From Oikopleura dioica (Eukaryota; Animalia; Chordata): 64,000 bases of DNA. The number at the start of each line of letters is the position of its first letter. The first letter of the stretch is position 1. The DNA is taken from contig OU015567.1 of assembly GCA_907165135.1 (NCBI GenBank), positions 8,680,001 to 8,744,000 of the forward strand, in the 5' to 3' direction. Shown piece by piece: positions 11,052 to 24,696 of the stretch. The notes beneath the pieces were generated by a model. That model had not been told where the DNA came from, did no database searches, and saw only the letters and a program-made list of their open reading frames with translations. The translations under genes and the position numbers were made by a program.

Positions 11052-12465
11052 ATGAGGCTTTTTACAAAGCTCTTCCTGTTAAACATCATCGGAATTCGTC
11101 CAGCGAAATCGGATCTGGACGGAACATGCGATAAAAATGGCGATTGTACTCGAGAAAGCGTCGATGTCAATGAAGTCCTCGAGAATGCATCTAGCTCCGC
11201 GAAGTTTGTCCCTTTTCGCTATACTAGCAAAAACAGATACGTTGATGATTGGGAAAAGTTTATCACGGCTTATGGGAAGTGGCAGAAGGCGATTTTAGAC
11301 AATCCGAATATCAAATGCTCTGGTAAATTGGTTTATTTAATAAGCAATTATTTTTTATTGTTAGATTATCAAGCAGTGGTGTTTAAAAATACTGCTGGCT
11401 TGGGAGACTCGGCAAATGCTTTGAGTGCTGCATTCATGTACACAATCAACGCAGGGTTGATGTTTTTCATTGATTGGAAACCTTGGGCTTGGTCGGAGGG
11501 CTTTTCGGGTCCTGGATTTCCCGTTGATTATCAATCACTTCTTGCGGACAATCAAATTTGCCAGGGGAAGAACATCATTCATCTATCGGGGCATATAACT
11601 GCCAAACATCGGCTTGCAATGATCAAAAGAGGTAACTATTACTGTGACAATTTATACTGGCAGTGTCAAATGGCTTCTGTAAATCAGTCATCCATATGAG
11701 AATTTAAAAAAACAAGTTACAGATAAATATCCAAAGATTATGATTTTTTTAAATCGAATCGTGGAAAGAGAAAAGGCAGGAATGGCAAAGTCCAACCATT
11801 TTTTATTTAGTCAACATGGAAGTCAACTTTCTTGCCACTCGATTCTTCCAAGATTTCTTTGCTCCCAGTGCTGCAGTCCAATCCATCATTGATTCCTTTT
11901 CTTCTCAAATATATGACAAAACCGTCGCCCTCGTCATCCGAACCGGTTGGGACGACTGGCAGCAATTTCTGCTCCCAGAAGATCCGGATAAATTCCCACT
12001 TTGTCTGAAGGGATGGCGAGAAAGTGGCGGTCTACCGAGTGATATCAACGTTTTTGTTACTTCGGATCGCGAAGATGTAAAAAAAGCTACACTTGCCAAA
12101 TTGAAAGAAATGAACTTCAACGCCTTTGCGCTCAAAGACTCGGCGACACATGTTCAAACGCCCGACGACATTCAAAAAGTTCAAAAGACCATCGCCGAGT
12201 TTCATCTTTTGTCAAAATGTGGATACGGCCTTTTGACTTCTTCCTCCCTTTTTGGGTCAGTTTCTTTCCCGATTTTACCTTTCTAAAACCTTCTTATAGC
12301 AAAGCAGCAGTAGCAGAGCTTGGAGGAAAAGACACATACTCTAATCAAAACTTTTTCTTCATTTCCGCTGCCGATTGCGACCGCCAACACAAGGGATATT
12401 ACCGCTGCGCCAATCCAAAATATCCACCTTTCTGTCCGACGGAAAACACTGATTACGAGTGGTAA
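11052..12465 (+). CDS. Putative fucosyltransferase (GT37/GT11/GT23 clan-like)
   Basis: N-terminal signal/anchor, then GLGDSANALSAAFMY...FFIDW, VALVIRTG, VFVTSD and TIAEFHLLSKCGYGLLTSSSLFG. These correspond in order to the conserved GDP-fucose-binding motifs of inverting fucosyltransferases. Confidence 0.65.
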
Positions 12466-12598
12466 TCAAGTCTCTTTTCCAAAATTTTAGTTGATTTTAC
12501 CTGACTCTTCTGCCACGATTCTTAATTTTCTGTATGTAGCTACTAATAAAGTTATTAAAAATAGAAGAAAAAGCCAAATACTCCTCTTTTCAGAAAAA

Positions 12599-13083
12599 AT
12601 GACGGAAGAAGTTATGAGCATTTTGGCATACCATGGGTTGTCCATCGATGATTTGTCCCAAGTCCGCATCGTCAATCCAGAAGCAGCTGACGCTACCCGT
12701 AAGGTTTTTCTCTCAACCCTCATTTCATCCAAATTCAGAGACGCTGAAGACAAACAACGATGAATTCGTCAGTTCCATCGAAGATATAAACAAGCTCATC
12801 AAAGATTTCAGCGAAAAGTCGTCCAAGCTCGCGGAGCAAGTGAAAACTCGAAAACTCAATGCTATCGCCGTCAGGACTCGTTTGCAAGCAGCTCAGCGAC
12901 AAACTGATATTGAAAAGGTGACTCTTCCATTTCGAAAGCAAATTATGATCTGACGATAAGAACTCGTTGCTGGAGAAAATCGAAGAATACAAGCTTCTAT
13001 CAGAAAGACTCAGAGCCGAACACGATGCTCTTCGAAAAATTGAGCAAAATCAAAATGCTTTACTTCAGCAATTCAACAGCTAA
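12599..13083 (+). CDS. IFT20: Intraflagellar transport protein 20
   Basis: GLSIDDLSQVRIVNPE, EFVSSI, KLNAIAVR and EHDALRKIEQNQ match the IFT20 pattern. About 130 aa, coiled coil. Confidence 0.8.
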
Positions 13084-13185
13084 TTTTTCTGCGAACTCTT
13101 TCTATTTTTAGTTTGTTTTTTCGCTCGTGTATAGTTTTTCAATATATTTTTATTTTCCATTTCCTTTATTTTAATCTCATCAAGA

Positions 13186-15905
13186 ATGGGCGCAGTAGAC
13201 GACAAAACAATCAAAGTGCCACTTTCGGACTCGCTGCAAAACGTTAAACATGATGCTTTCCAAATGAAAAAGCAACTCGACGAACTGAACATCGATGAAG
13301 CTCTCAATCACGCAGCCACCATGCTTCAACACCTCCAGAAGGCATATTACACGCCGAAAGAGTACAACGAGCTATTTTTGACGGTGACAAATGAGTTGAG
13401 AATGGTCGACGTCATGCTAAAAGACGCGTTCGAAAAAGACGCGGGCATGGCAGGAGGAGAAATGTATGAAAAAGTACAGTACAATCCGAGCATCCTGCCG
13501 CGACTGTATCTGATGGTGACAGTAGGAACCGCGATGGTAAAGACACAACCGGAATTGACAAAAGCTGTTTTGGATGATTTGGTGGAAATGAGTCGTGGAG
13601 TGCAGCACCCGCTCAGAGGTATTTTCCTCCGAAACTATCTTCTTCAATCAATGCGGCAAATCCTCCCTGATACCGCGCCGAACCAAGAAGATCCTCGAGA
13701 AGCCTGCGTTACAGACAGCGTCGAGCTGCTGCTCAAGAACTTCGCTGAAATGAATAAACTCTGGGTGAGAATGCAACACCAAGGTCTTCAACGAGATGCG
13801 CCAGCTAGGACTGCGGAAAGAAAAGAAATAAGGAATCTTGTTGGAACAAATCTTGTGCGAATTTCTCAACTGGATAATTTAACCGTCGAAACTTACTGTG
13901 ACAAGGTGTTGCCGGAAATACTGACACAAATTGTCAACTGCCGAGATCCACTTGCGCAAACGTACTTGATGGAATCGATTATTCAGGTCTTCCCGGACGA
14001 ATATCACTTAGACACAATGAAACCATTTTTAAAAGCAGTCGGCGATCTTCACACACAAGTGAATGTGAAGAACATCGTCAATGCTCTTGTTGATCGTCTG
14101 AGCAACTTTGCTACGAATAATGAGGGGACCTTGTCGGGAAAGGATGGCGACGTCTTTTCCGTGTTTTCGGGAGCTCTAGGAGAAATTATCGGAGGCAGAA
14201 ACGGACTTGCGCTTGAGAATGTTCTTGGTATGCAGATTCCACTGATTCAACTCGCTCTTACTTGCTATAAAAGCGAGCCCGATTTCATCAATAAAATTCT
14301 CCACACGACAGCGGAAATGGTCGCTACTTACCTCGAGAAGAACAACCTGACTTCTATTCCATCATCTTCCCCCGCCTCTCGCGAGACTGTAGCCCTCATG
14401 AAGCTCCCGATCACGGTTTATGCGGCGGATGGCGCTCCACTTAGAATTCTCGAGTTGTCGAACTTCGGCGATGCTTTTGGAATCATGGCAAATGAGACAA
14501 AAAAGATTGTAGCGACGTTTATTTTGGAAAAGATTATGGAAGCAGAAGCATCGATTGATTTAGATCATTTTGATGCGGCTCTTACCGTCGTTAAATGCTT
14601 GTATAATTCTGATACAGATCAGCCTGATAGGAATGGCTGAGAAAAATTATCTTTAACACTTGAAAGTTTTGATTTTCTTAGCCTTTGGAAAGTGAAGATC
14701 TCGATCTTGCGGCTCGATTCGCTCTTTTGCTCGACAATTCATCGCCAAAAGACAACTTCGAAATGACCATCAGGTTATCCGAAGAATTCTCAAATGCAGA
14801 TACTGGCGTGAAATCATTCCTTCTTCCTACTATCTTCGCGCGATTCTGTCAAATTGGACGAGATTGTTCATCGGAGAATCCGGATATCAGTAAAGAGGCG
14901 TTCTCAAAAGCTCATGAATTGGTTCAAACTCTCGCCGATTCTGAACTGCCACTTATTTCCATCAGACTTTATCTACAGGTAGAACTTTTGTTTATTTTGG
15001 ATGATGTTTTGACAACTTAGGGCGCTGCTTCAATTCAACACTGCAATTTTGATGGATCAGTTGACCTCTGCTACGAATTCTTCACACAGGTAATGGACGA
15101 TTTTCTCCTTGATTTCAACACCTATTCAAGGCATTTGTGATTTACGAAGAAGAAATATGTGACAGCAAAGAGCAAGTTGCGGCATTGCAGCAACTAACCA
15201 GTACTCTACTAAAAGTTGAATGCTTCAAAGAAGAAGAACATGCGTCACTCCGCTCTCAATGTGTTCTTGGTAAGAATTCTGAATCCTCGATATAATAACT
15301 GGCCACTTTTTCAATCAATTTTAAGCTGCTTCGCGTCTCCTGAGAAAAGCAGATCAAGCACGAGCAATCCTCTGGACATCCCACGTCTTTTGGTCGAGCA
15401 AGGTGCTTTCTCCAGATGCAAAAGAATCATCAGAATTGCGAAATGAAAAGAAAGTCGTTGATCAACTGAAAAAGGCTTCAAAAACAGCTGAAAAGTGTCT
15501 CGAAGCCTTGCTCAGGCAACAGCTCTACATTGAAATTCTTGAAAAAGCTCATTTTTACATTTCCGATGGTCTCGAAAATGCTGACCTGCAAACACTAGCG
15601 GATTCTATGAGTCAGAAAATCAAAGGTTAATTCATTTCCAAATTGTAAATTTCGAGCAATTTTCATAGAGAAACAAGCTGAAACGCAAGCAAATGCTGAC
15701 GCCGAAAAGCTCGCTGCTCACTTTGAAGAGCTAGAAATTAAAATGAAAGGACCAAGCCCACAGGTTGAATCTCAAGGTGAAGAGAGCGCAGTTTCAGATG
15801 AAGTTAATCAACCGGAAGAAGGTTAGACCGTTTTGTGTTCCTCTTTCTTATGATTTATTATTTTCAGAAGCCCCTGAAGAAAGTGTAGAAAACAACGAAG
15901 AATAG
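13186..15905 (+). CDS. VPS35: Retromer subunit VPS35
   Basis: ILPRLYLMVTVG, DLVEMSRGVQHPLRGIFLRNYLLQ, NFAEMNKLWVRMQHQG, LVGTNLVRISQL, IQVFPDEYHL, YEFFTQAFVIYEEEI. Confidence 0.96.
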
Positions 15906-16047
15906 CCCCAGAACAAGTTCAATTAGAAGATTATTCAAGTCCACTTCACTGTTCTTTCCTGTATAAAACTAAAACTAATCATCCCCATTTACCAATGACT
16001 CATTTCTACAAGCTTATCTGCCACCCGAGCGTCTTCATTCTATTTAA

Positions 16048-16623
16048 GATGAAATTCCATAAGAATTTTTCGGCAAAAAAATTTTTTTGTGAGCTATCAG
16101 CATATTCTGAAAGCCCGTATCAGAATTAGTGGAATCCCCAAATTCTAGCACTTGATGACGTCACGATGACGTCATCACTGATGATTGAAGGTGAAGAATC
16201 CTAGAAACTTAGGTACGCTTTTAGAGAACGTTTTTGTTGAAAAGCAATTTTTTTCTTTGCGGGAGGTTATTCAGCATCAAAAACTACGTGGGAATCCGGA
16301 AGAATTTTTCCGAACCGACCGGTTACAAATTGAACCGCCAAAATGACCGGCTGGTTATGGCCGGTTCGAACCCGGATTCCCGTGTAGTTTTCGATGCTGA
16401 ACAACCTCCTCCAAAGAAAATTATTTTTCGACAAAAACGTCTTCAAAAAGCGTACCTAAGGTTCCGCGGTTCTGGACCATCAATCATCAGTGATGACGTC
16501 ATCGTGACGTCATCAAGTGCTAGAATTTAGGGATTCTGATACTAATTCTGATACGGGCTTTCAGAATATGCTGATAGCTCACAAAAAATTTCTTTTGCCG
16601 AAAAATTCTTATGGAATTTCATC
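16048..16623. mobile_element. Foldback/MITE with about 195-bp TIRs (Kolobok-like if the TSD is TTAA)
   Basis: Arms at about 16048-16243 and 16425-16623 are near-perfect reverse complements. Flanked by TTAA (16044-16047, 16624-16627) and, further out, by CTAT on both sides. Confidence 0.85.
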
Positions 16624-16752
16624 TTAACTATTTCTCATCCTTGCGACATGTTTAAAAATGTCTGATTTTCTTCTCTGTCTATTTCAGAATAAAGTTCATT
16701 CACATTCAAAACTCCTCAATGTTCAAATTTTAGACCAGTAAATGCGATAAAT

Positions 16753-17075
16753 ATGACGGAAAACGGAAAGTTAGCACCTGGTGTTTTTCGAAATGTTCTC
16801 TCCCATGGGCTGGCCATGGCGATTTTCCCACTGATTGCCTTTTTTCTTATCAAGGCGATCGGTTTTTCTGGAATAACTGCTGCTGTTGGTGAGTTTTTCA
16901 TCTTTGAGAAAATATTCCAGGAAATGAAGGAGTAAAATCATCAATGAACACCTTTTATTTAGTGGCTGTAATAATCGTTCACATTTGCCTTGTCAAATTC
17001 GTCCTCTCTGCTATGAAAGAAGACACCAGTGGCGGTGTCGGCGGATTCGAAAAAGTCGCGGAAAAGGACGACTAA
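16753..17075 (+). CDS. VMA21: V-ATPase assembly factor VMA21-like
   Basis: Two exons give a small two-TM protein: MAIFPLIAFF...AAVVAVIIVHICLVKFVLSAMKE...EKDD*. Confidence 0.7.
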
Positions 17076-17256
17076 TTTCTCCCCAAGGATTTTCTCTCGC
17101 CAAACATGTTCGTAGTACACTCCCTCTCTGTACCTATCCTCTTGTCTTATGTGCAAATACGCTATTTCTTTTGGTATTGATAATTATTTCGTTGATTTTT
17201 CAAAGAACACATAACTGCTGTAGAAACATCCTCCTTATTTTTTGAATTCAGATAGA

Positions 17257-18229
17257 ATGAGTGCGAAGAGGAGCAGAATGATGGACACAGACATGGCCGA
17301 AGACCATGACTCGTCGGACGATGAGGTTGGAATGGAGATGGAGGATCTAGCCGACCAAAAAGTTCCTATGGAGCTCAAAGGACTTTCCATCGAAGAAGAC
17401 GATTATTTCGGAATAAAGGTACAAGCAAAAAGCTCAAACGAGCTGAACTCAATTTATTATTTTCAGCAACTCCTGCTGCCACTTCTTCCCAATTCTAACG
17501 TCACTTTGGCTGATGTAGCCAACGACATCATCGCTCAAAACTTCATCGGCCACATCATCAAACAAGTCGATCCCCAAACCGAAGAAGCAAATGATGAGGA
17601 TCCAGTTTTGAGCCTCTCCACCATTCTCCCGTTGAACAATCAGAAATGGGCGCAAGATCTGGGAAAGCATTTGATGAAGAAAGCGGAGGGGACGAAGGAT
17701 GTTAACCCACTAGGGTTGAGGAGCTTCTTGGAGGGAAAGAACAACGCGTGGATGGTGAACTCGCGATTTGTAAATTTTCCGGCGCGGGCTGAGGGACTTC
17801 TATCATTGTTACAAGATGTAGACGGTGAGTTTTGTTTCCAGAGTTAGGGTTTAAGAAAATCTTCAGATGCGTCGAAAAAGAAGCATAAGAGCTCGTGGAA
17901 GTTCGACAATGTCCTGTTGATCGTCCCAAGGATGCACCCAAAGAGCGACAACGAAATGGAGAGCGAAATCGTTTACAAGAATCAAGAAGATGAACTTCTT
18001 ATTCAAGGCGCTGGTTAGTCCAAATTTTAATATGAACAAATTGACAGCGAATTTTGAAGAATGGTCGATGGAATGGAACGCAGAGAGCGACTTCAAGCAA
18101 GAAGAAGAGAGTGTCGGCTGGGACGATGAGGATCTTTACGTGAGACACATGATGGTTGTTGTGATTAAATTTGAAAAGCTGACGGAACTTATTTCTTTCC
18201 TCCCTAATTGGTTAATGGCTACGCAATAA
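17257..18229 (+). CDS. BCCIP: BCCIP/Bcp1 family protein
   Basis: Acidic N-terminus, DYFGIKQLL, DIIAQNFIGHIIKQ, VLSLSTIL, WMVNSRFVNFP, VYKNQEDELL. Confidence 0.8.
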
Positions 18230-18364
18230 AATCACCTCCTTTGAAATCATGGAATACTCCTCATTATCCCTTTCTAGAATCACTTTTTAAAACCCTTTTC
18301 CTGAGTTTATTTTGTTACAGTGAGTGACAACTGTACGGTGAGTAAACAAAAGCTCTTTTTCAGA

Positions 18365-19543
18365 ATGTGGCGTTTGGCTTTTTTCATCCCTTTTATTGTG
18401 CTTGGGCAGACTGAAAAGGATCTGTATGAAATTCTCGATGTTCCCCGTACTGCTTCTATCTCAGGTACTTTTTTTATGAAAAAATGTTTGCTTACTATTT
18501 TGTATAAATAGAGATAAAAAGCGCGTACAAAAGCATCGCTCGACAGTATCATCCGGATAGGAATCCTGATCCAGAGGCGAGCGAGATTTTCCAAGAGGCA
18601 ACTTACGCCAAAGAAATTTTGACGGATGACGAACTTCGATCTAGATATGATAGTTGCGGGCATGAATGTTTAAAAGGTAACGACAAAATAGGAGAGAACA
18701 AAGGATCAGACTGATTTAGACGCGCCAACTGGTGGTGGAGGGGCAGATTTTTCTGATATTCTCCAGGATTTGTTTGACTTTCCCGGACAGGGACAAAACG
18801 CAGGACCAAAGAAAGGAGATGACGTTTTTGTACCTCTTTCTGTTACTCTCGAAGAACTATACAACGGGGCAGAGGTCAACTACGTCAGAAGGAAACTCGT
18901 TCCAGAGACGGCCCCAGGAACGCGAAAATGTAATTGTCGAGTTGTGATGAAACAACAGCAACAAGGCATTTACATCAATATGGTTCAGGAAGAGGTAACT
19001 TCACTTTTACAGTCAGATATCAACTCTTTTCCAAGGTCTGCGATCAGTGCCAAAATATAAAATGGGAACCCGAGGAAGACACGGTCGAGATCGAAATTCA
19101 ACCTGGAATGCCAGACGGCCAAGTCCTCTTCCTCGAGGCTGAAGGAGAGCAGAGCGCGGATGCACCACCTGGTGATTTGAAATTTGTTCTCCATGAGCTC
19201 CCTCATCCAATTTTCGATCGAAAGGGGGAAAATTTATTCTTGAATGTAACCATTTCCCTCCAGGTAGATTTACCACCAGATTCGTAGAAGTAACCGTCTG
19301 TAGGACTCTCTTACTGGTTTTGAAACGGAAGCCACTCATCTTGACGGAAGAAAGATCAAAATCCGACGATCAGGAATCACTCGCCCCGGATTCCGACAAA
19401 AGCTGGCCAACGAAGGAATGCCAAAATACGGTGGCGGGTTCGGATTCCTTCTGATCACCTTCGACATTGATTTTCCGACCAAAACACTTTCAGAAAATGA
19501 AAAGACCAAAATCTCCGAGATTTTGCAATCCCTTGAATCCTAA
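18365..19543 (+). CDS. DNAJB11: ER DnaJ co-chaperone, DNAJB11/ERdj3-like (copy b)
   Basis: Signal peptide, [57 protein letters not shown]. Confidence 0.85.
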
Positions 19544-19863
19544 AACTTTTAGTCTAAATGAAAACTCCTTAGATTATCGAAGTTGCCAATTATTTTCCTG
19601 GTGCCGAAAGTAGATTCAAATCATCAATTGCTTCCAACTTAGAAAAACTTCTTTCCCATTGTGACGGTTTACGAGCATTTTCCTTTATTCTGACAATTTA
19701 CTGTATATCTTCAATTTTATCTTCAACTATTGTGTGGTTCTTTCTTCAATTATTATATTTTTCAAATCTCAAACTCTGCCTCCAAGTGATTCCGAATATT
19801 CCCTTTTTCTTCAAAGTAGCAAAATGATAGAGATGACGACTCGATTCTTCTTTTTAGAGTGGG

Positions 19864-20694
<831 letters not shown>

Positions 20695-20915
20695 TGCTTC
20701 CATCAAGCCTACTTTACTTCTGTTACCTCTGTAGATTTTACGACTTGTGGAAAAAGAACAAAAAGATCAGCTTCTCTTTTTTGTCATGATAGTGTCACAT
20801 TCTTAGCCTCAATTTTAATTCTGTTCTAGCTGCTCTTCATATTTAAAAAGAAAGATATTTTTTATATATTTTCTCAAAAAGTAAGGTTGCGGGATTTTAG
20901 ATTTTATACTCTACA

Positions 20916-21277
20916 ATGGCTCGAGGAAATCAGCGAGAATTGGCAAGAGCGAAGAATCTCAAAAAGCAAGGAGACAAGAACAAGGGAAGAAAAGATGATA
21001 ATCTTACTCCGCAACAGCGAAACGAACGGTCAGTTACTGTCTGGGCCCAACAACCTGCGTAGAAAAGCTCTAAAAGAAATTGATAAAATCCGCCCTTATA
21101 AATTCCGGCGGCGCTCTTTCGCGACTTCTTCTAGAACTCTGAGTCAGGTTTTCTACACAGATTGGCGAGCTGAGCTTACTGTCACTTACAGTTTGATGAC
21201 TCGTCATTTTTAGGGACAAGAAAGCTCTCGAAGAAAAGGCCAAGAAGAAGGCTGAAAAGGCAGCCGGCGCAAAATAG
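20916..21277 (+). CDS. SERF: Small EDRK-rich factor
   Basis: Two exons: MARGNQRELARAKNLKK...LTPQQRNERDKKALEEKAKKKAEKAAGAK*. Confidence 0.9.
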
Positions 21278-22004
21278 AAAATAGAATCATTTTTGAGCTT
21301 GAAAAAATGAAGAAATATTAACAATTCGCTAATTTCCAATTTCCCTGTCATCCTTTTTTTTTCTGTGCAAGGGCCCCTAATCTTAATTCTTTCCCTATCG
21401 GATAACTAACCTCTCCTAATCCAACTGTAGGTGAAAATAATGATAGAAAAAAGTAGTACTTTTCAAAGTAGCAATTCTGATTATTTGAACCCCCGAAAAT
21501 CCCCTTATTCGGACTGTAATTAAAAATTGAATAAATAAAACAGATGCTGAATAACTTGATTTGAATATTTTAAATTTTTGAGAAGCGATTCGAGAAGGCG
21601 ACGTTTCTGAAAAGTTTCTAGACGAGGTAAAATTTGAGCGAGCAGGGGCGGCCCCAAGCGACTTGTTGTTGAGTTTTGGAGCAACTTGGCAAATCGGAAA
21701 TTGAAATTCAGAAAGAGAGCTACCCTCGTCTCGGAGACACCAGTTTTGATAACAATTATCAAGAGATTTTTTTATAAAATGAAATGTAAAAGCAAAAATC
21801 CTCCGCATATTCCCTGAATTCAGAGCCTGATCCTATTAATTTCTTTTCGCAAATTTCGCGTTTTCCTATCTCAGAGGCTATCTGTCTCCCGCTTTTCCGA
21901 TCTTTATCAGAATCTTTGCTGATAAGAAGCGGAAATGATGCATATGTGTACCTCCGTTTTCATCTTTCTTTTTCATTCAAATAAAGTGGGGTTTATTCAG
22001 AGAT

Positions 22005-23700
22005 TTGTCCGCGAAAAAAAAGAGTCGGCTTTTGCAGAATTCTAGCGCCAAATTCAGAATCAAGCTTCACGGAGAAAACCGACAATCGATCGAAATATCG
22101 GATGCAAAAATGGCATCTTTGGAAGAATCTCTCATCGGCCGAGAATTGATCAATGCGCTTGACAAGTCGCCTGAACAAGGAAGCATCTTTGTAAGCGGCT
22201 ATCAGAAGTCGTCTTACGATTATCGACCACGGTAAGGAGAATTCAATCGAATTTGAAATGGAACCTTTATTTTAGCGTCTCCTCTAGTGATCAACCAATG
22301 AAGCAGCTTCGGAAGTAGTCTCATGATTCAGGAAAGTGTTTGAATAAAACTGTAACATATGATATGTTGATCAATCATTGGTGGCGGATGAATAATTCGT
22401 TATCGGAAAAATAAACGCTGTCTCTGTAGAAAATTTCTTTAACACTTGAAAAGGCTTCGGTGAGTCGCTCATTTCCGAAGACCCGGAAAACTTGGACGAG
22501 TTCGCCTTTCCTGAGCTCGAAAACGAAAGCTCGAACCTGACTTTTCCACAGTCAGAACCCGAAGCAGCCGTTCCTGTTTCTGAGAACCAATCCTGGGCCG
22601 ATCCAGACGTCAACCCTTGGAACGAGCTCGAGAAGAAATGTGACGAGGCGATGGAAGAATACGCCCAGCTTTTCCGACCCCATCCGATGATTATTTCTAT
22701 GAAGTTAGAAGCGCGAATCCAGTTGAAGTTCAAAGAACTCGATTTGCCTGACGAAGGGCTTCCAGGAAAGCAGCTCTTGGAGCGATACATTGGTCAGTTG
22801 TCGAGCCAAAAAACTGAAGAAGCGCTGCGAAAAATCAAGAACATTCTTGACAGTGAGTACATATCAAACCAACTAAATGTAGTCTCTAACTCCCTTCATA
22901 AGATTCGCAGAAGGCCGCTCAACAACTCGTCGCTGCCATCAAAGAAAATCTCCCCCCACAATCGTTTCTCTCCGAAAAGGTACCTTTCGTCCTCATTTCA
23001 AAACTAAAAATAAACTTAGATCAACTTTTCGGTTTGTCAGACAACCTTCACTGCGAGCAAACTTCGCCAGCACCGGGAACTTTTTACTGAAAACATTCAA
23101 ACCTTCGTTCCTAATTTTCCTCGATACAAGTGCGCCGATTCTCCAGTTTTCTCAATCAAAACTGCTTTCTCGGATCTGACAGATCTCAAGATCAAGATTT
23201 CCGACGAAATGGCCGCTATCAAGGTACCTTGTATTGTGCTGAATCATCCACTTTACGGCCAACTCAGGCGATCATCTATCACATCGAAAGTCTTATCACC
23301 AATCCTTCCTCCTTTTTGGTCTTGTGCCGGGACCGATTGAAGATTCATCTGTCTGCTTTTGACAAAACAACGACGGTATTCCCCTCTTTCCATTTCCAAT
23401 TATCAATTTTACCAAAGGATCTTGGTCTCATCCTCAGCGCGAGTTTCCACAATAAAGATGCCGTCGAGGCAATTCCTGGCTTCAATGAGTGTGTTGCAGA
23501 GCTCAATCAGGTACCAAAACACTCCAGCAAGTGACGCTAATAGCTTTTAGCACGCTGAATCATTGTACACGACCTTCACAAACTTCGTGCGACTCATCAT
23601 CGACCAGGTCTCAGCCGAAATCAATGCTCTCCCAGTCCCAATCTCCAGTGCCAACCCCAGCAACTGCCTGTACTCCTCTCAAAACCAGTTCTTTTGAGCT
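22005..23700 (+). CDS. Uncharacterised multi-exon protein
   Basis: Long ORF 22492-23007 plus further open blocks to about 23700 separated by GT-AG-like introns. Start and end are uncertain and no family was recognised. Confidence 0.4.
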
Positions 23701-24696
23701 CTTACTTCCCTCCCTTATTTTAGCCTTCACTTAGCTTTTTTTTTAACTTACATGTACCTCATTTTTTTAAAATTGTCTCTTTCTTTCTCTTCTTTCTTCT
23801 TTTTTCGATAAGTTTCACTACCGACCACCCCCTTCTTCCTTCGCCTGTTCTTATACAAGTTCATTTAACCATATTTAAAACCATTTACCAAGCAGTTAAA
23901 ACAAGCAGTATTATATCAACGGTACGTATATCAAGGCACTATTGATAAAATCAAATAAACTACCAAGAAACAAGCTATTTATTATTTATTTCTTCAAAGA
24001 AGCTTCTTTTTCTTTTTTACTTCCTGATTTATGGACGGTTGATTATTTGCAAAAGTCAATTGTGCCTCAGTCAAAAATGTCTCGTTAATCTTTTCCCATT
24101 TTTACTTCAAAGAAGCTTTTAAACATCGTGATTTTGTTCACTGCCAATAAATCATACATTTTATCCACGTCAATTCTTTGTCTCCAAAGTTGTTCTTCAA
24201 ATTATTAAATCAAGAATGAAGCCATTTGTGAAATTTTCTATATTTTGGACACAGTTCATATATTTCTTTGAAATCGCTTTTGCAAACAAGGAAGAGAATG
24301 TCTTCGTTCTGTGTAATTCCAGGTGGCCGGGCAGGTTATATTTAAAAAGGCATAAAAGATGGATGAAGTGTATTTCTGAGGCGCTATTCGTTATATTCTA
24401 TTGACTTGGTCAAAGAGAGAGAGTGAAAGGGTCTTTGATCCAGCGCAGCATAATGAGAGCAGAAAAAGGAGCCACGAGAGGGAAGGGTAGGAGGGAGCCA
24501 CTGGAAGAGCGCAAAGCATGAATAATGGGTCTTTATAGCTTTAGTATTTTAAACTCTCTCACTGCTGCTCGTAACCCAAACTATCAAAAACCGCGCTGCC
24601 GCTAGCTTTTTAATTTAGAGTGAGAGGAGAAAAAACATCCAAAATCGAGAAAGAGGCCGTAAAAAGCAGACAGAGACCGGGAAGATTTAATCGAAA

